DNA from: Candidatus Latescibacterota bacterium | GTDB taxonomy: Bacteria; Latescibacterota; UBA2968; UBA8231 | Reading direction: 5' to 3' | Assembly (NCBI GenBank): GCA_965200315.1 | Contig: OZ241362.1 | Coordinates: 4,992,001 to 5,056,000, forward strand | DNA length: 64,000 bases | Shown: in pieces, positions 10,041 through 19,296 of the stretch | How positions within the stretch are numbered: the first letter of the stretch is position 1 | How the letters are laid out: the number at the start of each line of letters is the position of its first letter | The notes under the pieces: model-generated | Told to the model about the DNA's origin: nothing | Database searches by the model: none | Seen by the model: the letters and a program-made list of their open reading frames with translations, nothing else | Position numbers and translations under genes: made by a program

Positions 10041-12001
10041 CTGATCCGATAGATCAGACCAGCCTGATCGTCCGAGACCAGCAGAGAACCGTCGGGCATC
10101 ACGAGAACGTCAACCGGCCGCCCCCAGTTTGATTCCCCCTGTAGCCAGCCTTCGGCGAACGGCTCGTAACGGACCGCCCCATCGGCGGCCAAACGTACTA
10201 GGGTGAGGCGGTAGCCGATCTTGCGAGTGCGATTCCAAGAGCCGTGTTCGGCGATGAATATCTGATTGTGGTATTCCACCGGAAACAAGTTGCCAGTGTA
10301 AAAGCGCATCCCAAGGGCCGCTACGTGCGGGCCGAGTTCTTGGACTGGCGCGACGAACTCGCCGCAGTCGCGTTGAGCGCCAAAATCAGGATCGGCGATG
10401 TTGGTGCCGTGGCAGTAGGGATAGCCGAAGTGCTGCCCATCGGCGGTTACGCGGTTCAGTTCGTCTGGCGGCATGTCGTCGCCTAGCCAGTCTCTGCCGT
10501 TTTCCGTGAACCACATTTGCCCTGTTTCCGGGTGCCAGTCGAAGCCAACGGAGTTGCGTACGCCCCGGGACACGACCTCGAAGTCGCCCGTGGAGGGGTC
10601 TAACCTGCCGATTGACGCGTACGGATCGGGGGAAGCGCAGATGTTGCACGGTGCGCCGACCGGCACGTAGAGCAAATCGTCGGGGCCAAAGCGGATGAAC
10701 TTCCAGCCGTGGGAGCGATCGGTCGGGAAAGCGTCGTTGACGATCTCCGGTTGCGGCGGGTTGTCGAGGTGAGCTTCAATGTCGCGATAGCGCAGGATAC
10801 GGCTGACTTCGGCTACGTACAGGTCGCCGTCCTTGAAAGCGACGCCGTTGGGTCTGTTCAGGCCGCTGGCGAGGATGATGACGCGCTCTGCCTTGTAGTC
10901 GCCGTCTTCGTCGCGCAGTGCGTACACGCGGCTGCCGGACCGGGTACCGACGAACAGGGTGCCATTGGGGCTGAGGCTCAGCGAGCGAGCACCGGGGACC
11001 CCTTTGGCGTACACGCGGATGTGGAACCCTTCCGGCAGTTCGATCTGCGTCAGGCGCGGGTCTTCGAGTGGTGGCGGATCCACCGACTTGCCGATCCCCA
11101 CAGGTAGCGACGGATCGGACGGATCGACGCTGTACGTCTCGATAAGCTGGGCGTCGGCTAGATCAATCTGCCCGTCTTGGCTGATATCGCCATTGTTGGG
11201 CAGGGCGATGGAGGGGTCTTCGCTGTATAGGACGACTAGCAGCGCATCGGCCCAATCGACGCGGCCGTTGTTATCAAGATCGCCCAACAGCCTACTCACA
11301 GCCCCTTTATCTTGGGGAACGCTGTCGAGTGCTTCGACTACAATATCGATAGCGTCGGTCCCCAACTGAAAGGCCGGGTCTACGTAGGGAATCAAGCCTT
11401 GGCCCGAGACGGTCAATCCATAGACCTGCCCTAACTCTGATGGCTCTATGCCTCCCAACTCCGCGCCTACCGGTCCCGCAGAGGCGGCCCCAACTGCCCC
11501 GTCGAGCAGCACCATCGACCGAGTTAAGCGAACCCCATCGCCAACCAGTTGATACAGGTACACCCCGGCCGCGACGCCTCGCCCCGACGCATCCGTGCCA
11601 TCCCACCTCGCTGTGTGAAAGCCCGCTGGCCGATCCGCATCCACCAACGTCGCCAGACGCTGCCCTAGGACATTGAGCACCTCTAGCCGCACGTGAGTCG
11701 AGACCGGCAGCCGATAGGGCATGCTCGTGGAAGAATTGAATGGATTGGGGTAATTCTGCCCTAGGTAAAATTGTTGCGGTAGAGCACTCGTACTCAATGC
11801 CGTTAGGGGTAGCGCGAAATAGCCGGTCTCATTCGTGATAGCGCGGACTGAGCGGCGCAGATCGGTGGCGTCGAACAGCCGCACCTGCGCGTTGGCGACC
11901 GGTCGCCCAGACGCCAGCCGCACCCGCCCCTCGACCAGCGGCTGGGCACTGGCCCCGACGACCAAGAGCAGCCCCATGAGGCATCCGATTACTGATCTCA
12001 T
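10034..12001 (-). CDS. Secreted modular PQQ-dependent sugar (sorbosone-type) dehydrogenase with N-terminal FlgD-Ig-like and dockerin-like domains
   Basis: Signal peptide; QNYPNPFN...WDG.D..G..VAAGVYLY (FlgD-like); GDLDNNGRVD..DA and GDISQDGQID.ADA (dockerin-like); catalytic part with HGWKFIRFGPD, GAPCN, GVRNSVG, AEHGSWNR, GRPVDV. Confidence 0.85.
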   Translation of the reverse strand: MRSVIGCLMGLLLVVGASAQPLVEGRVRLASGRPVANAQVRLFDATDLRRSVRAITNETGYFALPLTALSTSALPQQFYLGQNYPNPFNSSTSMPYRLPVSTHVRLEVLNVLGQRLATLVDADRPAGFHTARWDGTDASGRGVAAGVYLYQLVGDGVRLTRSMVLLDGAVGAASAGPVGAELGGIEPSELGQVYGLTVSGQGLIPYVDPAFQLGTDAIDIVVEALDSVPQDKGAVSRLLGDLDNNGRVDWADALLVVLYSEDPSIALPNNGDISQDGQIDLADAQLIETYSVDPSDPSLPVGIGKSVDPPPLEDPRLTQIELPEGFHIRVYAKGVPGARSLSLSPNGTLFVGTRSGSRVYALRDEDGDYKAERVIILASGLNRPNGVAFKDGDLYVAEVSRILRYRDIEAHLDNPPQPEIVNDAFPTDRSHGWKFIRFGPDDLLYVPVGAPCNICASPDPYASIGRLDPSTGDFEVVSRGVRNSVGFDWHPETGQMWFTENGRDWLGDDMPPDELNRVTADGQHFGYPYCHGTNIADPDFGAQRDCGEFVAPVQELGPHVAALGMRFYTGNLFPVEYHNQIFIAEHGSWNRTRKIGYRLTLVRLAADGAVRYEPFAEGWLQGESNWGRPVDVLVMPDGSLLVSDDQAGLIYRISY

Positions 12002-12148
12002 AACGTTTGTTCCCTAAAGCAAAATATAGCCGAATAGCATGGGCAACGTCACAGCAGCACCGCAGTTAGCTCGGTGAAAGGGGGCGGTTGGAAGGGACCT
12101 ACTTCTTTAACCGAGACAATGAAGAGCACACTATTAAGCGGCGAAGCA

Positions 12149-12177
12149 TTGACAGGGAACGGAGGAGGCCATACCTT
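12149..12177 (+). promoter_or_regulatory. Possible sigma70 promoter for BCCT/TonB-receptor genes
   Basis: TTGACA (12149-12154), 17-nt spacer, TACCTT (12172-12177). Confidence 0.4.
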
Positions 12178-12295
12178 GACTGCAATAGGCTACTTGTATG
12201 AAGAAGCATTGGCTCCTAAAAAGTCATGTCCAATCTAACAAGGAGCCTTTTCATTTTATGATGCTACGGAACAAGGATCATCGGTTCACGCACCA

Positions 12296-13903
12296 ATGCC
12301 GAGTTGGGCTGGTGCTCCTAAATTCTCAAACAAAAGGGAAGTTTTGGAAATAGGCGGAAAACAACAATTACAGTCCCTAGATGAAGAGGGCCACAAGAAA
12401 CTATTCGGTTTAGAAATCTATCTGACCCCAGTATTCACAATTTCCAGTATCATCATTATCGCTTTCGTCACTGGAGCACTCGTCTTCCAAGAAACCGCGA
12501 CGGAAGTTTTCAAAAATACCCGCGAGTGGCTGACTATAAATCTCGATTGGTTTTTCCTACTTACTGCTAATTCTCTCCTGCTGTTTTGTCTGTATGTAGC
12601 CTGTTCGCCTCTCGGCAAGGTGCGCCTCGGAGGGGCCGATGCAAAACCCGAGTACTCCAACCCAACTTGGTTCGCCATGCTCTTTGCCGCTGGTGTGGGT
12701 ATCGGTCTGCTGTTTTACGGCGCGGCGGAGCCGATCTACTACTTCCAGCGGCCACCGCTTGGTATCCCTGCCGGAACAGAAGAAGCCGCTGCCGTCGGCA
12801 TCGCGGCCACCACTTTTCACTGGGGGCTGCACGGTTGGGGAGCTTACGGCGTCGTGGGACTTGCCCTCGGGTACTTCGCCTACAATCGCGGATTGCCGCT
12901 CACCATTCGCTCGGCGTTCTATCCCTTGTTCGGCGACCGCATCTGGGGCTGGCCTGGTCATATCATCGATACGTTTGCCATCTTCGCCGGTCTGTTCGGG
13001 CTTGCAACCTCGCTTGGCTTGGGGGTTAAGCAGCTAACCTCTGGTCTGAACTATTTGTTCGGTGTTCCCGCGAACAACACCACTATGGTGGTGCTGATTG
13101 TGGCGATTACGTCCATCGCGCTTACATCGGTGTTGGCGGGTATTAATGTTGGGATCAAGCGCCTTAGCCAGTTCAATATCGTTCTCGCGTTGTTGTTGCT
13201 GCTAACGGTTATTGTGCTCGGGCCGACTCTCTACATTTTCCGCAGTATGTTCGCTGCACTCGGTAGCTATCTCGCCAAAATTGTGTCGTTCAGTAATTGG
13301 GTCGGGCGCGAGGACGTGGATTTTCTACACGGTTGGACGACATTCTACTTGGCTTGGTGGTTTGCTTGGGCACCTTTTGTCGGCACGTTCATCGCCCGCA
13401 TCTCCAAGGGCCGCACCGTGCGCGAATTCGCGATTTTTGTCCTCATCCCGCCGCTGGTGTTGTGTTTGCTGTGGTTTGGTACCTTTGGCGGCACGGCCCT
13501 CCATCAGCACATCGTTGGGGGGTATACCGGTGTAACCGAGCATGTTGCGGCTTGGAAGCTGGAAATCGCATTGTTCAAGATGTTCGACCAACTCCCGCTG
13601 ACCAAGTTGCTTTCATCGGTGGCGCTCCTGTTGACCGTCGTATTTTTCGTCACTTCGTCGGATTCCGGCTCGTTGATTGTCGATACCATTGCAGCCGGTG
13701 GCAAAGTGGACGCTCCGGTAGCGCAGCGGGTCTTTTGGTGTACTGTGGAGGGATTAGTTGCTATCGCTCTCCTGCTTGGCGGAGGGCTAAATTCGCTGCA
13801 GGCGGCCTCGATCGCAACGGGCTTCCCGTTTGCCTTAGTCCTCTTGGGAATGGCCGCCTGCGTCTGGACCGGGCTGCGCAGCGAAGTGCGTGCAGCGGAC
13901 TGA
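12296..13903 (+). CDS. BCCT-family (betaine/carnitine/choline) transporter
   Basis: WFAMLFAAGVGIGL, FHWGLHGW, WWFAWAPFVGTFIARISKGRTVRE and FFVTSSDSG motifs, with multiple TM helices. Confidence 0.93.
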   Translation: MPSWAGAPKFSNKREVLEIGGKQQLQSLDEEGHKKLFGLEIYLTPVFTISSIIIIAFVTGALVFQETATEVFKNTREWLTINLDWFFLLTANSLLLFCLYVACSPLGKVRLGGADAKPEYSNPTWFAMLFAAGVGIGLLFYGAAEPIYYFQRPPLGIPAGTEEAAAVGIAATTFHWGLHGWGAYGVVGLALGYFAYNRGLPLTIRSAFYPLFGDRIWGWPGHIIDTFAIFAGLFGLATSLGLGVKQLTSGLNYLFGVPANNTTMVVLIVAITSIALTSVLAGINVGIKRLSQFNIVLALLLLLTVIVLGPTLYIFRSMFAALGSYLAKIVSFSNWVGREDVDFLHGWTTFYLAWWFAWAPFVGTFIARISKGRTVREFAIFVLIPPLVLCLLWFGTFGGTALHQHIVGGYTGVTEHVAAWKLEIALFKMFDQLPLTKLLSSVALLLTVVFFVTSSDSGSLIVDTIAAGGKVDAPVAQRVFWCTVEGLVAIALLLGGGLNSLQAASIATGFPFALVLLGMAACVWTGLRSEVRAAD

Positions 13904-13974
13904 GTATATGAGGATATCGATATGCTGACAGAGAGGACTTTACAAAAACGCACCCTTAATAAGGAGGTATTGCG

Positions 13975-16900
13975 ATGAGATATTGGCACAGGCACATTTT
14001 GGTGCTAGTCGCCGCGGCTTTGGCTTGGGCTGCGCCGGCGTGGACACAAGCGACAGGTACTATCGTCGTCACCGTAGTTGACGACGATAGCGGCGAGGTG
14101 CTGGAGACGGCCTTGGTCTATATGCCGGCTTTAGATGTGGGCGGTATGTCGGACGCACAGGGCCAGTTTACTATGGCTGATGTGCCGGTGGGCGAGCACA
14201 AATTGCGCGCCGAATTGATCGGCTACTCGTCGGTGGCTGCCACTGTTGTGGTAGAGGCCGGGCAAACCACGAACGTCGAGTTGCGGATAAAACCCTCCGC
14301 GTTGCTCCTCGAAGAGCTGGCGGTGACCGGCACGGCTGTTAAGAACTCGCCCGTCAGTTCGACTTACGCCGTTGCGGTGACCGGGCGGGAGAAGATGGCC
14401 GAACAAGGCTCACCACAGCCGGTTGACTTTTTCAAGAACTTGAGTGCCAGTCACGGAGTGATCGGCGAGCGCAGCAGTTGGTACAACGCCAACCAAGCTG
14501 CCACTCTTTCCGAGAGCATTGCCAACGTCAATCTACGCGGCCTGGGAGCTTCGCGGACGCTGGTGTTGATCAACAGTCGCCGCCAGACTTATGTCCCCGC
14601 GCGTTTGATCGGCGGGCGCTTCGTCGATGTAAATGCCATCCCCGCCATCGTCGTAGACCGAGTCGAGGTGCTCAAGGAAGGAGCCTCGGCCATCTATGGG
14701 TCCGATGCGGTGGCTGGCGTCGCCAACTTTTTGACTCGCGCCGACTTCGAGGGCTTTGAAGTCTCGGCCGCGCACGAGTATATCACTGGCGCGGGCGATT
14801 CCAACATCGGCGCGATCTGGGGTGGGAAGATCGGCGAGGCTCATGCGATTGTTGCTGGGGAATGGAGAGGGCGTCAGGCGCTACCGGCCTCCGAGAGGGA
14901 CTATCTGCTGCAGCCGTGGCACGGCGGCGGGCAGCGCCTTGGCTGGTCGAGCTTGGGCAATCCGGGCACCTTCGCCGTTGGTGCACCGGCCCCTTGGACT
15001 GCTGCTATCCACGCCCCGCGTTGCGAGCAGTTTGGCGGCTTCCGGGAATCTTGGACTTGCCGCTTCCGCTATCAGCAGTATGAGAATCTGATCGAAGAGA
15101 TGAGCCATACTCGCGCTTTTGCCGAAATCAACGGTGCGCTAGACAATGGCACGGAGTATCACCTTGAGGGCCTGATTGCCCAAGCTGAGATTCCCGAGTG
15201 GTACACCACCCCTTCGTATCCTCCCTTCCCTCTGACAGACACAAGCATCATGGAGGTCGCGACAAACCACCCAGGCCGGGAGGCTTTCTGTGCGGACTAC
15301 GGCGCTGAGGAAGGCGACCTGTACTACGACGAATGCCAAGGCGGCGAGAACTGGTATTTCAATGGCCGTCCGTTTGGCAACTCGGGTCCCGGGCGTACGC
15401 TGGGCCGCGACTCCCGCACCTTGCGCCTTGCGGCTTCTGCCAATGGCGACTTTGCGTCATTCGGCGGTCGAGATGCTCATTTTGATCTAGGCCTGTCCTA
15501 TTCCCGCACCGAGGGCAATTACAACTTGCCGGGGGTGTACATCGAGCGGCTGTTCCTCGGCTTCCGCGGGTTTGGCGGCCCTGATTGCGGCGTTGGCGTG
15601 GAGGCGGATAACACGTCCCTTGCTGGGATGCGGCTCGGCCCACTCAACGGCCAAGTGGCGGGTCAGGGCGCCTGCCAGTACTACAACCCCTTTGGCAATG
15701 CCATCGAGTTTGCGGATCAATACGGCGCAGAGTTTGCAAACGAACCGAATCCCGATTTCCGCGCCAACCTTGCCAACAGCCCCGAGTTACGGCAATGGCT
15801 CAATCAGGAAGTCGATCTGCAGAGTACTGCGGATCTGCTGGTCGCCGATGCGACGCTGAGCGGCACTTGGCTTGAGGACGTCGCTAGTTACGCCGCCGGC
15901 TATCAGTTCCGTTTGCTCAATGCTAGCGGCGATCCTAACGACGAGGGCGACGTGACCATCAACCCCTGTCCGGTAGTGGGCGATGATGGGTGCTCAGCCG
16001 AGGACATGTTTGGCCCCTACGCGTTCACCAATGTGAATCGGCCCTATGATGAATCGCAGATGGTGCATCGCTTCTTTGCCGAGATTCCCCTGAGCTTGGG
16101 ATCGCGCTTTGACACCCAACTCGCGGCCAACTACGAGTTCCACGATGTGGCGAGCAGTTTCGATCCCAAGCTGGGGTGGCGCTATCAGCTAATGGAATCG
16201 CCGACTCAATCCGCGTTTCTGCGCGGCTCGGTGCAAACGACGTTTCGCACACCATCGCTGGACGACGTAAATGAAAACCCGCTTTCGACGCTCGAGTGGA
16301 TCAATGAGACGGGTGCCTATCAAACGGTGGACCGAATCGGCAGCAAAGACCTCAAGCCCGAACAGGCTTTTACCTATAATGCGGGCTTCGTCTTAGTCAC
16401 CGAGGAGGGCTTTGATGCGACGTTTGACTACTGGAGCTACGATTTCAAGAATGTCATCGGTGCCATGCCGCACGGGGCTATTACTGCCTTATATGCCGAT
16501 GAAGCGAATAAGGAAGCCCTGAAGCAGTTCATTGTCTGCCCGGACGGGATAGGCACTGGTACATGCGCGGCCTCCGAACTGGAGCGAGTGCAAGTTGACA
16601 TCGTCAATTGGCCAGGGGTCAAGACCTCGGGAATTGATTTGCATCTGGGCGGGAACACGGACGCCGGAGTCGGGGAAATTGCGCTCAGCTTGGATGCTAC
16701 GTACACGTTGGAGTACCGGACGAAAGCTCTGATGTTTGGCAGCCTAGTGTTGCAAGAGGAGGCAGACGCGGCCGGCTACCTGAACTTTGGCAATCCCGTT
16801 GCGACCTCGCTGCCGAAGTTGAAGGGTCAGGTGTCGGCAGGCTATCACTGGCAAAACTACCGCCTAGTCAGCCTCCTGAACTACATTTCGTCGTACGAGG

Positions 16901-17148
16901 ACTGGGGATCGCTGAACTCCGATAATGATGCCATTGAAGAAGTATTCGGCACCATTGACTCGTTCGTCACTTGGGATATGAGCTTTCTGTGGAACTTGTC
17001 CGAGGGCGTCAACATCGCGCTGTCGGGGATAAATCTGCTCGACACGATGCCGCCGCTGGTCAACATTGAGCAAGCGTACGACGGCTTTACACACGACCCC
17101 AAGGGACGGCGGTTGAAGCTGGCTGTGTCCTATAATTTTGGCGGTTGA
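13975..17148 (+). CDS. TonB-dependent receptor with N-terminal carboxypeptidase-regulatory-like domain
   Basis: RBS AAGGAGG; signal peptide; plug motifs NLRGLGASRTLVLIN and VEVLKEGASAIYGSDAVAGVANF; C-terminal barrel strand ...VSYNFGG. Confidence 0.92.
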   Translation: MRYWHRHILVLVAAALAWAAPAWTQATGTIVVTVVDDDSGEVLETALVYMPALDVGGMSDAQGQFTMADVPVGEHKLRAELIGYSSVAATVVVEAGQTTNVELRIKPSALLLEELAVTGTAVKNSPVSSTYAVAVTGREKMAEQGSPQPVDFFKNLSASHGVIGERSSWYNANQAATLSESIANVNLRGLGASRTLVLINSRRQTYVPARLIGGRFVDVNAIPAIVVDRVEVLKEGASAIYGSDAVAGVANFLTRADFEGFEVSAAHEYITGAGDSNIGAIWGGKIGEAHAIVAGEWRGRQALPASERDYLLQPWHGGGQRLGWSSLGNPGTFAVGAPAPWTAAIHAPRCEQFGGFRESWTCRFRYQQYENLIEEMSHTRAFAEINGALDNGTEYHLEGLIAQAEIPEWYTTPSYPPFPLTDTSIMEVATNHPGREAFCADYGAEEGDLYYDECQGGENWYFNGRPFGNSGPGRTLGRDSRTLRLAASANGDFASFGGRDAHFDLGLSYSRTEGNYNLPGVYIERLFLGFRGFGGPDCGVGVEADNTSLAGMRLGPLNGQVAGQGACQYYNPFGNAIEFADQYGAEFANEPNPDFRANLANSPELRQWLNQEVDLQSTADLLVADATLSGTWLEDVASYAAGYQFRLLNASGDPNDEGDVTINPCPVVGDDGCSAEDMFGPYAFTNVNRPYDESQMVHRFFAEIPLSLGSRFDTQLAANYEFHDVASSFDPKLGWRYQLMESPTQSAFLRGSVQTTFRTPSLDDVNENPLSTLEWINETGAYQTVDRIGSKDLKPEQAFTYNAGFVLVTEEGFDATFDYWSYDFKNVIGAMPHGAITALYADEANKEALKQFIVCPDGIGTGTCAASELERVQVDIVNWPGVKTSGIDLHLGGNTDAGVGEIALSLDATYTLEYRTKALMFGSLVLQEEADAAGYLNFGNPVATSLPKLKGQVSAGYHWQNYRLVSLLNYISSYEDWGSLNSDNDAIEEVFGTIDSFVTWDMSFLWNLSEGVNIALSGINLLDTMPPLVNIEQAYDGFTHDPKGRRLKLAVSYNFGG

Positions 17149-17175
17149 AGCCGGACAGACAGTAGCAGCCTAAAT

Positions 17176-17214
17176 ACACAGGGCCGTCCAATACCAGTTT
17201 GGACGGCCCTGTGT
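17176..17214. terminator. Perfect 16-bp hairpin between convergent genes (likely bidirectional terminator)
   Basis: ACACAGGGCCGTCCAA, 7-nt loop, TTGGACGGCCCTGTGT. Confidence 0.75.
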
Positions 17215-17261
17215 CGTATTACACCGGATTACAGCGAGGAACGGTGTTTACTCTCCACGCG

Positions 17262-18100
17262 CTACTTTTTGCTCCCTGACCGATTGAGCAACAGATAATC
17301 AATCGGCTCCTCAATGAATTCCGCATTGTGATTTAGACCACAATCATCGGGAAAGGCCCTTTCACAACCGGTGTTGAACATCAGCGGCCCGCGATTCCTG
17401 TACCAAGAGATACATTGAACTAGGGCGATCATATGCCGCGGCCGATCCGAGCGATTCGGCACACCTCGATGCCAGAGCCGCATATCCCTGATCAGTACGC
17501 TTCCCTTTTTGGCGCACCCGCTCACGGGGGGAGCAACCTTCCGTTGCGCCTCTTCAGTTTTCTCGTCGATCACCGTTTCCGGGAAGGTGTGCAGATGCGT
17601 ACCCGGCCACAGCTCTACGGCCCCGTTCTCTTCAGTCACATCGTGCGGAGAGATATTCACCACCACGCACGCGGTCGGGTGGGCGGGCTCGTGCCCGGGC
17701 CATAGATGAGGCCCGTCCCGGTGCAACGGCTGGGTACCGCTGCCGGGACAATTGGTGTTTCCGCTGTAAAAGCTGTTGAAAATTCCCTCGCCTAAGAGGG
17801 CGGTGTTGACTTGGATCACAAGCGGATTGGCGACAATCTCGCGCAAGACAAAGGGAGCGAACGGAGGCGGTCCCTGTTGCAGGTGGCCTTTGCGACCTCC
17901 GGCCCCGCCCCACTGCTCCCGATCGATCAAGACCTTGGAATCCTGATCCATCTTCTCCCGAAGCATATCGAGCGGCTCATGGGGACCGCATTTTCGATGA
18001 CGACATATCCGTCCCGCCTGATTGCCTCCACCGCCTGTTTGAGGCGTCCGGGGCTCATGCGCTGAGATTCCGTTTCCTGCTTGGTAAGAGAGATTATCAT
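17262..18100 (-). pseudogene. Phytanoyl-CoA dioxygenase (PhyH)-family gene with a frameshift near 17981-17984
   Basis: ATG at 18100 gives MIISLT...AVEAIRRDGYVVIENAVP in one frame. HEPLDMLREKMDQ...QPLHRD...WHRG continues in another frame. One extra C in a C4 run joins them. Confidence 0.75.
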
Positions 18101-18208
18101 CGGGGTTGCCTTCCGGGAATCCTTGAGACAGGAAATGCGTGGGCAGGAAAAACGGGATTTTGGCTGGTTTTGGAAAGGCCCCTAGGCAAGTCCGACTTGA
18201 ATAGATCG

Positions 18209-18237
18209 TTGACAGTGCCTGGCTGGCGATCTATACT
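18209..18237 (+). promoter_or_regulatory. Near-consensus sigma70 promoter upstream of the enolase-superfamily pair
   Basis: TTGACA (18209-18214), 17-nt spacer, TATACT (18232-18237), 42 nt before ATG 18280. Confidence 0.75.
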
Positions 18238-18279
18238 GCACGCCGATAATACACATCGCATTACATCATTGAGAAGCCC

Positions 18280-19290
18280 ATGATTATATCCCGAATAATC
18301 GTCCACCAGCCCGCTGGTTTGTTGCGCATTCTGACCGACTCGGGCTTGGAAGGTCAATGCACTGGGGTTGCGCCCACGATCGCCGGCCCCGATGTGGCCG
18401 CGGCCTCCACCCTCATCAATGCGAATCCCGTCAATCGCGAGCGGGTATGGCAGGCGTTCAACGAGGCGGACGGGAAGGTGCCTTTCGCATTGCGCGCCTG
18501 TATCGATGTCGCCTTGTGGGACCTCGCGGCCAAGGTCGCCGGCCAGCCGGTTCATCGGCATGTCAACGGCTTTCGCAACCGCATTCCGGTGTGCAGGCGG
18601 GGTTCGGAGCAAAGCTCGGTGGAAGGAATCGTCGCGGAAGCGCAGGAAGCGCTGCGTGCGGGTTTCCGGGCGTACAAATTCGACGCCCTTTTGGACGAAG
18701 AGTCGCTCATCGACCTGATAGGGAACGTGCGCCGGGCTGTAGGACCAGATTTTTGCCTGCTGCTCGACGGCCGGGCGCGATGGATCATTGATCAGGCGAT
18801 ACGGCTCGGCAGAGCGCTCGACGACGCAGACTTTTTCTGTTTTGATCGGCCGCGGCCCGACAACGATATTTCCGGCGGCAGGCAGCTAGCCGCCGCGATA
18901 GATACCCCGACCAGCACGGGCATATCCAGTCCTATGGAAGCGGCCCAAGTCATGGCCGCCGCGGCGGCCGACCATGTTCTCACCAGTGTAACCCGGGCCG
19001 GCGGTATGACAGATGTTCTCAAAGCCGCCCGCTGCGCCGAAGCCTTCGGGGCCTACTGCCATTTGGACGGTTTGGGGATATGCGACGGCTTTGCCCATCT
19101 GCATCTCGCGGGCACCATCCGCAACACGCCCTTTCTGGAGGTGGCCGACGGTCCATCTCCTGCGCCGTTTATCGAAAATCCGCTACAGATATGCGATGGA
19201 TACATCGAGATTCCCGCTGCGCCGGGACTGGGCATGGAGATCAACATGGGTGCCGTCGCCGAGCACACCGAAGGACTGATTGAGAGCTGA
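18280..19290 (+). CDS. Mandelate racemase/muconate lactonizing enzyme family protein (degenerate)
   Basis: IDVALWDLAAK, GFRAYK, LLLD and C-terminal P..PGLG. The metal-ligand Glu residues appear replaced. Confidence 0.8.
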   Translation: MIISRIIVHQPAGLLRILTDSGLEGQCTGVAPTIAGPDVAAASTLINANPVNRERVWQAFNEADGKVPFALRACIDVALWDLAAKVAGQPVHRHVNGFRNRIPVCRRGSEQSSVEGIVAEAQEALRAGFRAYKFDALLDEESLIDLIGNVRRAVGPDFCLLLDGRARWIIDQAIRLGRALDDADFFCFDRPRPDNDISGGRQLAAAIDTPTSTGISSPMEAAQVMAAAAADHVLTSVTRAGGMTDVLKAARCAEAFGAYCHLDGLGICDGFAHLHLAGTIRNTPFLEVADGPSPAPFIENPLQICDGYIEIPAAPGLGMEINMGAVAEHTEGLIES

Positions 19291-19296
19291 GGCCCT

